NCBI RefSeq assembly: GCF_006345805.1
Contig: NC_043003.1
Span: forward strand, 20,088,001-20,152,000
DNA length: 64,000 nucleotides
Reading direction: 5' to 3'
Source: Octopus sinensis
Lineage: Eukaryota
Both the position numbers and the translations under genes were made by a program. Of the stretch, positions 11,380 through 26,370 are shown piece after piece. The notes under the pieces are model-generated. The model did no database searches. It had not been told where the DNA came from and worked only from the letters and a program-made list of their open reading frames with translations. Each line of letters starts with the position of its first letter. The stretch's first letter is position 1.

Positions 11380-12600
11380 CAACAACATAGTTTAACGAAA
11401 GAACACCGAACAAGAGCACAGAGTCAATGTAATAACGATATAATGGAAGGAAAGAACGAGATTTTAAGATTTCGGACAGATATCATTTGTCAAGAAAAGA
11501 AGTTGCGGAAGAATAAAGAAGAAAATGAACAGAATGTGAAGTGAAATAATGATGTCGATGTCAGTGAGACGACAGGTGAATTGGTAGAACAGTAATAGGC
11601 AAAATGTTATTTTGTAAGAAGCACGAGAACTTAAAGAGATATGCGAGATAAACGTGGGAAGATTTGACCGAATCTGTGCGTGTGCGTGTGTGTGTGTGAT
11701 GAAGTAGATGTCGAGTGTATGGGTAGGTGTAAATCGTGTGTATGTTTGCTGGAAAATAGTTGTGTGAATATGTGGATGTGGTATCCTGATATGTGGACGG
11801 ACCTAGTAGCATTAATTGATTCACTGGCCTCGACTGACGTTTATCCCACCAGGTGCCTGACTAAGAGATTTCAATTCAATTCTCTGACCCTTTAGTAGGT
11901 TGTGCTACTGCGCCATGCTCCTTTTCGATCTCCCCAAACGATTAATACTCCCAAATCGTTTTCAGGTTGAATTTACTGCCCTCCCGTAGAATCGCCATGA
12001 ACAAGGCATTATTGTTTAATCAGCCAACAAAAGTGGCAGTGTTGTACTCTGGTACTATGACTTAGTAATATTGAAGCGCTTTGTCGACTTCTCAATCCTC
12101 TATTGTATCGTAAATTATCCTCTGATTACTTCCTCCGAAATCAACACACGCCAATTCATCTTCCCACCTCTCCTACTACCATTCGACCAACTTCGTTCTT
12201 CGTATGCCGCATACTGTTTTATCTGCTTGGTCCTCAACGATCCATTAGGCCAATATACCCAGTCTCCTCATTAATTCCGCCTGCACTGTCCCACCGAACT
12301 CATTACAACACACAATACATGTTCACATATACATGTTCACAGTAAACCTTTCCAAGCTTATCTCGTTTATCTCACTTAGCTTATGCTCGACCTGCTGAAA
12401 GCAACCATTGTTCCATACTTAGATTCTACTGTTCAACATATTCCTTACTAACAATATTGTTTTCCATTTCTTCTTTGTATTCTTTTCTTGGGAAATTACC
12501 GCCGTCCGAAACGTTGAATTATTCACATTTCCTTTCATAACAGCATAATTATATTGCCTTCGTATACTTGTTCGTTGTTATACCTTTACTTTGTTTTTCT
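11380..12600 (+). mobile_element. Decayed Penelope-like element with inverted pLTRs flanking an RT N-terminal remnant
   Basis: 11968-12150 translates, with a frameshift, GIIV*SANKSGSVVLWYYDL..IEALCRLLNPLLYRKLSSD (cf. IIKPADKGGAVVVW..YI.EA.RQL); 11380-11680 is a diverged reverse complement of 12290-12600. Confidence 0.65.
11462..11498 (-). ncRNA. Hammerhead-like motif, U3-A8 core variant (second decayed copy at 12484-12518, +)
   Basis: Minus strand: uuuuc-UUGACAA-a-ugaua-uc-ugucc-GAAA-uc-UU-aaaa; plus copy: uuc-UUGggAA-a...gucc-GAAA-cg-UU-gaa. Confidence 0.45.
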
Positions 12601-12619
12601 CAAGATAGATAGATAGAAA

Positions 12620-12817
12620 GATATGTTTCTTTATTAGCCACACAGGGCTGGACACAGACGGGACAAATTACAAAGTAGAGCTTTTCTTTTTGGGGAGAGA
12701 AAAAAATGGAGTGGGGTAGGTTTTCGATCAAAAGGGATCGTAGCAAGGAAAAAAAAAGACGAAAGAAAAAAAGAAAAGAAAAAACGATCAATAGGGATCG
12801 TGTATCACAGAAATGTC
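12620..12817 (-). mobile_element. Retroposon 3'-end fragment inserted in (GATA)n
   Basis: Minus strand ends tttgtcccgtctgtgtccagccctgtgtggctaataaagaaaca then (TATC)n; GATA repeats on both sides. Confidence 0.6.
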
Positions 12818-12887
<70 letters not shown>

Positions 12888-13572
12888 TGACCAAACGAAC
12901 GTCTTACTCTTCTCCAAACAGAAGTATTTGCTTCCAGCATTATTTTCTGGTATTCAAACTGAAAAGTAATCCTATGCTCTTAGCTGTCTCTCTTTTCCAT
13001 CTACCTGTCCACTTGGTTCTTTGTAATGCTACTTAATGTCAGTGACTTGAGGTAACATACCATTGATAGCGTTCTCTTGTTTTCTAATTTCTACTAATTT
13101 ACACATTGAAACATTGCGTCTGAAGTTTATCTGTCAATGCGTCTGTACTGAAGTATTAGGCTTTCTTACTTCTGTACAAGGTTAATGTTTCGTAATGTAA
13201 GTTAGCCGGTGGTGTGGGAGATAAAGCGGTCTATTGACTGTTTCTTATTTTATTTATGGACCTTTGAGTGGTGAAGGGCAAAGATTAATCTCGGTAGGTT
13301 GAAATGATAGAATTGAAGGAGCCGCAGAGTAACATGTATTACGAAATTGTTTTTTATTTCTTTTTTCTCTTTTTCCATTCGTCGTTGGAGTTCATATGGA
13401 TTCTGATATAAATTTTGGCTTCTATAATTTCCAATGAAATAACTCCACGTTGTATAATGAAGCTAATATAACCGAAGTTAATGGCCACACACAACAAAAT
13501 TTTTTCTGTTACTTTAAAAAAAACGGTGAGATGTCGACAAGCGAACCACTCACCCTACTAGAAGTAACTGCA

Positions 13573-13984
13573 AAGGCGGCGAGCTGGCAGAAACGTTAGC
13601 ACGCCGAGCGAAATTCTTAGCAGTATTTCGTCTGCTGTTACGTTCTGAATTCAAATTCCGCCGAGGTCGACTTTGCCTTTCATCCTTTCGGGGTCGATTA
13701 AATAAGTACCAGATACGCACTGGGGTCGATATAATCGACTTAATCCGTTTGTCTGTCCTTGTTTGTCCTCTCTGTGTTTAGCCCCTTGTGGGTAGTAAAG
13801 AAATAGGTATTTCGTCCATCTTTACGTTCTGAGTTCAAATTCCGCCATGGTCTACGTTGCCTTTCTTACTTTCGGGGTCGATAAATTAAGTACCAGTTAC
13901 GCACTGGGGTCGATGTAATCAACTTAATGTCCTTGTTTGTCCCCTCTATGTTAAACTCCTTGTGGGTAATATAGAAACAGGTAT
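13573..13984 (+). mobile_element. SINE family B, dimeric form
   Basis: Head aaggcggcgagctggcagaa, then the module gttcaaattccgccgaggtcgactttgcctttcatcctttcggggtcgat...gccccttgtgggtagtaaagaaata present twice. Confidence 0.93.
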
Positions 13985-14537
13985 GTATAAACGATAGAGA
14001 AATTGGTACCTCCATTTCTGAGTTTGAAATTTCGTTAAAGTCATACTAAAAGTTTGCCCAACGAAAATGCCTCATGTACCAAAGGAACAAAAGCAAAAGG
14101 TCTCCAGAGACTCATTATGGCAATCAAAACTCAAACATGGTTTTCTGTTGCATTTTGGGATAACTTGAAATATTCATATAATCAGTTTTAATTTCCGTTT
14201 TGCTTTTTTTTTCCATTGTTTCGTTGGAGAGTATCATAATAGTGGTGGAGGTGGCCATGTTGTTGATCTCATGACCTTTATTACGATCGAACCGAAATTA
14301 TTAACCATGATGCCACGCAAGTTAGAGAATTCCTTATAAAAGATGGGTGAAATGTAATAAACTCTTTGATGTTACTGCTTAAGGGAATTAGAATTATTTT
14401 GACAGTACAAAATGGTACATACAAGCATGTATTCAGAACTGTACACGTATACATAAATACATACGTACGTACATACATACATGCATACATACATATATAT
14501 ATATTTATAAATACGTGCATATATTCACACATACACA

Positions 14538-16331
<1,794 letters not shown>

Positions 16332-18053
16332 ATCTCCCCCCTCTCTCTCTGTTTCCTGCTATTAAAAGAATTCTTCAAAGAATAAATAACAAACAAATCA
16401 CAACTTCAACTTTTCTCATTCTACTTTGCTAAGAGTGCTTTCATGTCGTGCGCAAATATAATGATGCACTTTAGATTTTATACCACAGACTTATATCAAA
16501 CTGGGTTTAAATATCAAATACGCATGTATTTTGATATATCCCTCCCAAAAACAACACAAAACAAAACAAATTGTTATATTTATCAAATTTTTACTTTTTG
16601 TGTTAAAGATAAACACTTGTTTGCTTCACACACTCTAGTCGAGTGAATTGCTGGAATACACACACACAAACACACACAAACACACATATACATATAAAAG
16701 ATGGAGGTGAAAATAGCACAGAAGTAAATCATTTCAATTTAAGAAGGAATTTAATAAAATGATTTTAAAACTAAATAAAGAAAATATTACCGGTTTCAAT
16801 GATAAATCTCATCAAATATCAGTAAAAATTTATAAAAATTTGAAGTAAAAACAGTTTATCTTCTGTCTGGGGGTCAAAAACATGTCTGGATATTTTCGTT
16901 GCAGTCTTCTTTAAATATAGTTTGATATAGAGATCAAGATGTTGGAGAGAAAGATAGGGAATGTAGTTGTCTATTGTCTAAAAGAAATCGTTGTGGGTTC
17001 TGGCCAAAGGAGTGGCTTAAAAACATTCATTGAATGAGTTTTATGTCCATCTGTAGATATATACATTTGCATAAACAGATATATACATTTGCATAAATAA
17101 TGTTTATCGTCACATCAATATGGTTATTCAATGTTACTACCATTTTAGCCCCAGGCAGATCTTCCACCAGCTGATTATAAACATTACTTGTCGTGTAGTT
17201 ACTATTTTCATCTCTTACTGAGATTTTCTAACTAGCTACCTTACATTCATACATTTCCACATACATTGATGCATACATACACACATACAAGAAAGAGAGA
17301 GAGAGCGAGACAGTGAAAGAGAGAAGGTGGGATTGTATCGTAGTGTAAAACTCTTGTTAAACCAAGACTTCGATGTCATTTACAAGTGAAAGCGGAGGCG
17401 ATTTTAATTTCCTTTCGTCGTTAATACGCTTGAGAAAAGTATGGATGCCTCAACTACCTATAATCGTTGTAATCATCGAATTTTCCTGTTGAGTAAAGCT
17501 CACACTTGTTTGTTATTACGGTTGTTGTTGCTGTGGAACCTAATGCTATCCATCATCGATTTCCTATATGCTACGTTGATAGTTAATCGACCGAACAGGT
17601 ATGAGCCGTAAATTCCGTACTCTGGGTACGGCATGTCTCCTGGCATAGGACAGTACTGAGGTCTCTCAAATGCATATTTGTTAGAGCCTCATGGTTCCGG
17701 TTTCATACACTCGTCTTCGTCTTTTGTTTTTCTATAAATTTCAACAATATATATATATATATATAATTATTATTATTTGAGGAAATAAAATCCAAACTTA
17801 CAAGGAAAAAGAATTCAATTTAGAAATACTAAATCAAATTCCACACAATAGATTAAATATATAAAAAAATATTAGAAAAAAAACACCTTTTATCAATTCA
17901 AAATGAATAATTAAATTACACCATCTAGAAAATTACATATAATAGAAAAGTTAAAATTAAAATAACAATAAAAAGTAAAGATTAAGTAAATTACAAAAAT
18001 AATAAAAATGTATATAATAGGTAGGAAAACATATATATATATATATATATAAT

Positions 18054-18096
<43 letters not shown>

Positions 18097-18358
18097 TACA
18101 TATACATGCGTCCCTCCCTCCACACGCATATATGTATATGAGTTTTAGTCTATTGTCAGATGATGAAGTGTCAACGTGTGTTGAGAAGGCGGGTCGTACA
18201 CTGCGCGTTTGTGTTCAGTGCAAGAGTCCACGGGTGGAAGAAGGGATGATGACAGCTAGTGGTTATATCCTTGTTCGGGAGGTGGGGATATTAGAAAAAT
18301 ATCATATATGAGCATACATACATACATACATACATACATACATACATACATACATACA

Positions 18359-18878
18359 AGAGAAACTGTGTACAATCCTGGAAATCAGCTGTACACAGGA
18401 TGTAAACATAAAGCTAAAGATGAGGTAAAAAGAGAACATCTACGCTGAGCTATTGAGGAATCTACAGCTACTCTATCCAGATTACAAGTTCAGGTATATA
18501 CTTGTAATTATTGTGGCACTGGGATATTTTAACACACTGCCTAAATGCGAATCTCGGGAAATTAGGCTTCTCAAAACAGCAAAGGAGAAAGTTGATTCGA
18601 AGACTACAGATCTAAGCCATCACTGGAACTGTAAAAATCTGTAAAACTTTCCAGAAGTTTATCATTTAAGTATATATGAGCATGTCTAAGGATGCAAATA
18701 TATGCATAAAACAAACATACAAATCTGTACATATAAGAAAGTAAAGAAATAAATACATACATACATGCAAAAATACCTTGTTAATGTTGGAATTCCATTG
18801 AAGGAGATTTGGATTTAGGTTAGAAACCGGCTCTTTCTCTCTATTGGCAAGAAATCTTGAAATAAAAATGAATAATGA
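18359..18878 (+). mobile_element. 5'-truncated REL-endonuclease non-LTR retrotransposon embedded in (TACA)n
   Basis: KLCTILEISCTQDVNIKLK..KENIYAELLRNLQLLYPDYKF..LVIIVALGY...ITGTVKICKTFQKFII*; (TACA)n at 18313-18358 and 18879-18940. Confidence 0.8.
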
Positions 18879-19246
18879 CATACATACATACATACATACA
18901 TACATACATACATACATACATACATACATACATACATACACAGAACGTTACTTATTAAGTTATAAAGCTTGTTTTCACTGGCACTTGTTTCGCTTGACAT
19001 CCTGTTCGATCTGTGGAATAAGCCTTCGGGTGAAACTTTAAGTCTCAATGAAAAGCAATTTTATTATAAAGCTAAGAGACTTATAATATTGCATTCCTCC
19101 TCAATAAATGTTCCGTTATATTTCTTAAAATTCTAATATACATATAACATCAATCCCCAACTAAATGTTTACTCATACATATATATGCATATACATTTGA
19201 ATGCACACAGACATATACTTACATGAACATTCATATACATATATAT

Positions 19247-19295
<49 letters not shown>

Positions 19296-19315
19296 TATAT
19301 ATTTATTATATAGAA

Positions 19316-19369
19316 GGAGCTTCTACAGGACTAGAACTGTTTCATTCAAGAGAAATCTTCAGGAAGCTC
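19316..19369 (-). ncRNA. Type I hammerhead ribozyme (mirror copy)
   Basis: GAGCUUC-CUGAAGA-uuucucuugaau-GAAA-CAG-uucuaguc-CUG-UA-GAAGCUC. Confidence 0.8.
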
Positions 19370-19377
19370 AATCTTCA

Positions 19378-19432
19378 GGAGCTTCCTGAAGATTTCTCTT
19401 GAATGAAACAGTTCTAGTCCTGTAGAAGCTCC
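19378..19432 (+). ncRNA. Type I hammerhead ribozyme with intact core
   Basis: Stem I GGAGCUUC/GAAGCUCC (8 bp), CUGAAGA (19386-19392), short stem II uuc/gaa, GAAA (19405-19408), stem III ACAG/CUGU, GUA cleavage triplet ending at 19424. Confidence 0.82.
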
Positions 19433-19512
19433 TTCTATATAATAAATTAATTTTACTCTGCTATGTATTGAGTACCTTATTTACTGTGGTTAACCCCGAA
19501 TCAACCCGGGAC

Positions 19513-19543
<31 letters not shown>

Positions 19544-19625
19544 ACATCTATACGCTCGTACACGCATGTATCCTATGTATATGTACCGGTGTACAGAACA
19601 TATTTATGCATTATTCACACACACT

Positions 19626-19828
19626 AAGGCAGCGAGCTGGCAGAGACGTTAGCACGCTGGGCGAAATGTTTAGCGGTGTTTCCTTTGTCTTTACGTTCTG
19701 AGTTAAAATTCCGCCGAGGTCGACTTTTTTCGGGGTCAATAAATTAAGTACCAGTTACTTACTGAGGTCGATTTAATTGACTGGCCCCCTACCGCCAAAT
19801 TTCGGGCCTTGTGCCAAGAGTAGAATAG
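19626..19828 (+). mobile_element. SINE family B (short-tail form)
   Basis: aaggcagcgagctggcagagacgttagcacgctgggcgaaatg...ccgccgaggtcgact. Confidence 0.88.
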
Positions 19829-19983
19829 ACTATCCTAGACTATTAACACACACACACACACACGCAACGTTATATACAGGTATACTTATCTCTCTCCTCT
19901 CCCCCTCTCTCTCTCTCTATATATATATATATCTGTACATGTACGCATATGCACATACACACACACATGAACACATACATACG

Positions 19984-20037
<54 letters not shown>

Positions 20038-20163
20038 CATTTCCTTCAAGGTTCAAGGTGCAAATGCACACATCCTCAATCATATATGACTTGTTGCATA
20101 AATATCATTTACAGTGAGTGTGTGTGTGTGTTTGTGTAAGAGAGAGAGAGTGAGAGAGAGAGA

Positions 20164-20209
<46 letters not shown>

Positions 20210-20502
20210 ATGCAGATATATAAATATATAAATATTTCTGCATTGATACATTTAATCACACATAAGCATTTGTGCATCACTGCACATACATACGTGTTTC
20301 TGCATTGAAGCAGTTGAGACATAAACAACCACTGCCGCAATTCTGCATGTGTGCATGGATAACAAATGCAGAATCGCATCAAGGTTCACTGGTGCACAAG
20401 TGAATAGCGAATATACATGTAGCGAATACATGTAGACAGAGAAGCAAACAAAAGCGTTTATATAAGTGCGAGGTAGTCACCGCCATCACTTTCTATATCG
20501 CA

Positions 20503-20536
20503 ACCACCACCACCACCACCACCACGGCCGCCGCCG

Positions 20537-20592
<56 letters not shown>

Positions 20593-20696
20593 GCTGCTGC
20601 TGTTATTACTACTACTACTGCTGCTGCTGTTATTACTACTACTACTGCTGCTGCAACTACTACTACTACTACTACTACTACTATTGCTGCTACCAG

Positions 20697-20738
<42 letters not shown>

Positions 20739-20741
20739 CAC
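20503..20741. repeat. Compound (CAC)/(GCC)/(TAC)/(TGC)n trinucleotide tract
   Basis: Direct reading. Confidence 0.95.
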
Positions 20742-20787
20742 AAGGGCAACATCTACAACTATCACCTCAACCAGAGTAATGATTTCT

Positions 20788-21016
20788 TATTTCTTTACTA
20801 CCCACAAGGGGCTAAACACAGAAGGGACAAACAAGGACAGACAAACGGATTAAGTCGATTATATCGACCCCAGTAAGTAACTGGTACTTAATTTATCCAC
20901 CCCGAAAGGATGAAAGTCAAAGTCGACCTCGGCGGAATTTGAACTCAGAACGTAACAGCAGACGAAATACGGCTACGCATTTCGCCCGGCGTGCTAACGT
21001 TTCTGCCAGCTCGCCG
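20788..21016 (-). mobile_element. SINE family B, young monomer
   Basis: Near-exact reverse complement of 13573-13806. Confidence 0.93.
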
Positions 21017-21234
21017 TCAGAATGATGATTTCTCACACAGATGACCGCAGTTATTTGTAGGAGCGGGAGAGTAAGGGATACAGTTGATTCTCTCGACGTC
21101 AGTGTCTGATTGGCATTTTGCTGATTTCATAGTTGACTGCCCTCAGAATATTAAAAGTTGAGTTAGATTCTAGTGGGACTTGAAATCAGAACCTAAAGAG
21201 AGATAGTGCAAATAAATTGTCCCAAAGTTTTCTT

Positions 21235-21793
21235 GGAGTGGCTGTGTGGTAAGTAGCTTGCTTACGAACCACATGGTTCCGGGTTCAGTCCCATTGCATG
21301 GCATCTTGAGAAAGTGTCTTCTTCTACAGCCTCGGGCCGACCAAAGCCTTGTGAGTGGATTTGGTAGACAGAAACTGAAAGAAGCCCGTCGTATGTATGT
21401 ATGTATATATATTTATATATATGTGGAAGCACTCCGTCGGTTACGACGACGAGGGTTCCGGTTGATCCGATCAACGGAACAGCCTGCTCGTTAAATTAAC
21501 GTGTAAGTGGCTGAGCACTCCACAGACACGTGTACCCTTAACGTAATTCTCGGGGATATTCAGCGTGACATAGAGAGTGACAAGGCCGGCCCTTTGAAAA
21601 ACAGGTACAAGAGAAACAGGAAGCAAGAGTGAGAGAAAGTTGTGGTGAAAGAGTACAGCAGGGAACACCACCATCCCTGCCGGAGCCTCGTGGAGCTTTA
21701 GGTGTTTTCGCTCAATAAACACTCACAACGCCCGGTCTGGGAATCGAAACCGCGATCCTACGACCGCGAGTCCGCTGCCCTAACCACTGGGCC

Positions 21794-21842
<49 letters not shown>

Positions 21843-22028
21843 CATGTGTATATGTTTGTGTGTCTTTGTTTGTCCCACCAACATCGCTTGACAACCGATG
21901 GTGGTGTGTTTACGTCCCCGTAACTTAGCGGTTCAGAAAAAGAGGACGATAGAATAAGTACTAGACGTACAAAGAATAAGTCCTGGGGTCGATTTGCTCG
22001 ACTAATGGCGAAACAAGTAAAAGAGTAA
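21235..22028 (+). mobile_element. SINE family A interrupted by a family D SINE
   Basis: A head at 21235-21420; A tail resumes at ~21795 through 22028. Confidence 0.9.
21423..21794 (-). mobile_element. SINE family D (tRNA-derived) nested in the A microsatellite
   Basis: Minus head tggcccagtggttagg (A box)...ggtttcgattccc (B box); body shared with 40870-41172. Confidence 0.88.
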
Positions 22029-22144
22029 AAAAAGAAAGAGATCAAACATTTCAATAGATGAAATAGGTTCAAAAGCCCAGTAACTTTTCAATATCGAGTC
22101 GAAAAGCATAGAGATCTATTAAGTTAGTCAAAGAACACCGATTC

Positions 22145-22860
22145 TTTTTATTTATTTATTTATTCAATTTACTTGTTGGGTCTGGAGGAAAAGGCTTTGC
22201 GCATGGTCATTGCAGGCCCTCCGAGAGGGGAGGAGATTGATGCGGTTAATGTTCCGTTGAATCTGTTGCAAGTCGGCACCTTGAGAAAACACATGAGCAA
22301 GGCGGAGATTCCAGAGGGAACAACGTCCCGGGAAGGAAGGAATGGGAGTAATGGTTAGTAGTGGGACTGAAGAGTAGGTGTTGTATATAAGAGTGATGAT
22401 ACGAAGAGACTTGTGCATTGGGAGCGTACGAATAGAGGAACAAGGGCAGACAAATTTGATAAAATAGAGACCATTAGACTAGCAGTAGAAGAAGCAAAAT
22501 GAGAACACACGCCTATGCACACTTATGGAACAAAGACTGGGTACTTGCCTAAACTCTGGCAGATAACACATAGGTAAATCGCGGTCTCAAACTCACTCAC
22601 CAAAAGAATAAGTGCAAAAAGGAAAGGCAACAGTAGCAACAATGAATGCAGTCCCACCTGTACGGACGCAGCAAATAATTGCGGTCTTCTGTGTGAGAAA
22701 TCCTTACTGTGGTAGACGTGATAGTTGTAGCTGAAATTTGAAGAAGAATAAATGGATACATATAGGAATAGAGATGGATGTGTGGATAAGAAATTTGATT
22801 CGTAATCTGCAGGTAATCATCTGTTTGATCGAATAGCAGGTACCTTTCACAAATGTTCTC
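22145..22860 (-). mobile_element. CR1-like LINE 3' remnant
   Basis: HRRVFSFCFFYC*SNGLY, TNHYSHSFLPGT, SLWNL..AHVF...DLQQIQRNINRINL match the C-terminus of CR1/L2-group ORF2; tail in (AAAT)n. Confidence 0.7.
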
Positions 22861-22932
22861 TGAATGTTGTCTCGCGTTGACCAATACGATGTCGATAGAA
22901 TTTCGCGGACGGAAATTGCAAAATTGCATCGT

Positions 22933-23138
<206 letters not shown>

Positions 23139-23545
23139 ACATTGCGTGTGCGCGATCGCGTGTAAGTATATCTCTCTATGCGTGTAACGTTACATTTCAC
23201 GAACTCTACATATTCTTTCTTCTATTTGAAAAGAGGAAACTTTTCCCGAAATATTATAAGATCTTAAAACAAACTATGTAAGGCAATACATTATCACTTT
23301 CTGTACGTTTTTTTTCACTGACATCACCATACATATGTTGTCTAACCTCTCACCTGCATCTGCATTGTTCAGGTGGATAACAATACCCATCTCTCTCTCT
23401 ATCTCTAGCTCTCTCGCTCTATATATGTGTGTATGAGTGGGTGTGTGTACGCACATAAGTTACATACACAGTGACATAATACATGCACATATATATTTGT
23501 ATATATATAATTTATATATGTATTATATGTATATATACACACTCA

Positions 23546-23600
<55 letters not shown>

Positions 23601-24394
23601 GAAAGAGCTCTTTTATAGCCCAAAATAACAGCAATTTGGAGGAAAACATATAAATATATCGTGTATTCTTTGCAAATAAATAGCATTGAAATCTTCTGAA
23701 TTGTTGATTTCCTAGTCTAACTGTTACGCATTTCTGATATATATATATATGCATACATACATATATATACTTCTACGTCTATATATATATGTATATACGA
23801 ACACAGACACACATATATGTTTAGAAAGTGTGTATGTGTGTAATATTGTTCATATCTATTCGAAGTCAGTCATGTAAACAAATTTACAGATGCTTTCTCT
23901 GATGCACCAGTGCACACTTGAGCAATTTAGACAAACATGCACAGATGCATAATGAAAGACTGTGCACATACGGTCGCTTCACCTGCAAGAAATAACATGC
24001 TATAGTTGTTTCAATATAAAATAAAATGTTATGGAATAACGTAAAATATAACGGATGTAAAACGGAAATAATGTAGACAGTTTAGGCATGGATGAAGAAA
24101 AAGACGATATAGTCGCGACTGGAGCATGTTAATCGTAAGCTATTCAACCAGTACTGACCCGAGACAGACACCACTACCACTACCACCGTCGACATTACCA
24201 TCATTCACACTACTAACACCCCCCCCCCACCGTATCGCCAATATACCATCACAACCACCACCACCACCACTATCACAACTACCAGCACTGCCATTACTAT
24301 CACTTCCAATAATACAAATGCCATTACGACGACAGCGAAAATAAATGTTTTACATAGACATACACATTCATGAACACTCAAGCATATATATGTA

Positions 24395-24460
<66 letters not shown>

Positions 24461-25770
24461 TATGTATATATATATATTATATATATTATAGATGTATATA
24501 CTTATATACGCACACATACATATCAATATATATATGTATGCATATATTTGTATACATATGTTTGTAGATATGTGTATATGTATATATATGTATGCATATA
24601 TATATAATATATATATATATATATTATATATATATATATTATATACACACACGCACATGCAGACACCTGCTTGCTGACACAGATTTGCTACCGCAGTTCA
24701 AAGAAGAAAAACATTTCTCTTTGTCTCTTCTTCACATATACACTCATTTCCATTTAAAATTCTATACGGCATTCAATGTACATTTTCTCTTTCTCTGGTC
24801 CATTTACTAATCTCTTTTTTCTCTCTGTGTTTATATTATATATATATATATAAACACTTCTATCACACCTGTATCGCTCAGACAATCGGATGTTATTCAG
24901 TGCTGGTTACAATTCGTTGTTCTTCCAAACACTTCCTTCACTGCACCAGTCTATACCAGTTTGATCTTAGTTATTTCACTAAATCGTCCTCTCTTCGTCG
25001 TGGAGGCCTCCTGAATTGACTTTTCTGATGTTTGTTTATCTGTTGAAGATTAACTGTAAAACATTATTGAAATATACGTAATGAAAATTTCGAAATATTA
25101 ATTTTCTGTGTATATTGCAACAATATGGAGCTCCAGCTTCCAGCATGGCTTTACTATATACTTATGCTATTTTATACAAAGCATTATAGGAGCCTGGAAG
25201 TTTAACGTTTCTGATTTTCAAAAGATAAGTGCGGTAAAAAGACCTGTATGTATCTATGGTTTTGTGGGTGTGTTTATATGTCTGTAAAGGGTGGAAGGCG
25301 CTTCTCGCTCGAATGCAAAATATACCATGCATATCTCAGATATATATGAGTGTAAATGAATGTGACACTAATAAACCACTTTACGGAACACAGCCTGTAA
25401 AGTGTGTAAGTGCATGATTTTGTACCCTATTTTAATCATATGGCTTTGAATTTTAACATTGTATGCAAAGACTTAATCTGCAGAAATCCCCTCTGATAAA
25501 AATAACAAGCCAGTTCAACTGCGTTTGAAGCAGGTTTTTTCTTACCGTTCCTTGCTTTCTCATCTTATCGTCCCATTCTTAGTTCGTTATGCTATGATTG
25601 TGCTAGGACAGCAGAACTGTTAAACAATACTGTCTGGCATGCTCTCAGCACATGTAACTAAAGTAGCACATAGAAACATATATTACTTGCCGGATAGAGT
25701 ACTTTTTGTTGTTGATCTTACCATCACGGAACAGTAGTCTTTAAATATATATATATATATATACATGCAC

Positions 25771-25810
<40 letters not shown>

Positions 25811-26278
25811 GCACTATATATATATATATATATATATGCATACATACATGTAGATAGATAGATTAGATAGATAGATAGATAAATAATTCAGAGAATGTAG
25901 AATAGCGCCTTTGAAACTTGTAGGTATTACGAAATATGTAGATGTGTGGAAACCCTAACTTACTAGATGTAACCAATCGGGTGGGTTTCGTCACAGTTTT
26001 GTTTGCCCAATTTCAGCAACAAGGATAGTATATAAGTGTAACTCGAACAAGTTACTGGTCTGTAAGGTCAAACACGTAATGTCAAGATTGCGTAGCTAAC
26101 ATTTTAATCACAAGCAAATGGCTGCACCAGATAATCTCTTCTTGGTGTTTTCTTCATCTAGTTCACCTTCTCTCCCTATTCCTATCTCTACTCTTCCCTC
26201 CACAGTATATCACCCAATGTTTTGAAAGGTTTTGCATTACTGCGTTGTACAACACCTCTCTCTCCCACACCACACACA

Positions 26279-26334
<56 letters not shown>

Positions 26335-26370
26335 ACCATATCTATTTAGTTGCTTCTTCATGTCCTTCCT

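Larger units (their letters stand above)
19301..19447. repeat. Perfect 69-bp inverted repeat with 9-bp spacer
   Basis: 19301-19369 is the exact reverse complement of 19379-19447. Confidence 0.95.
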
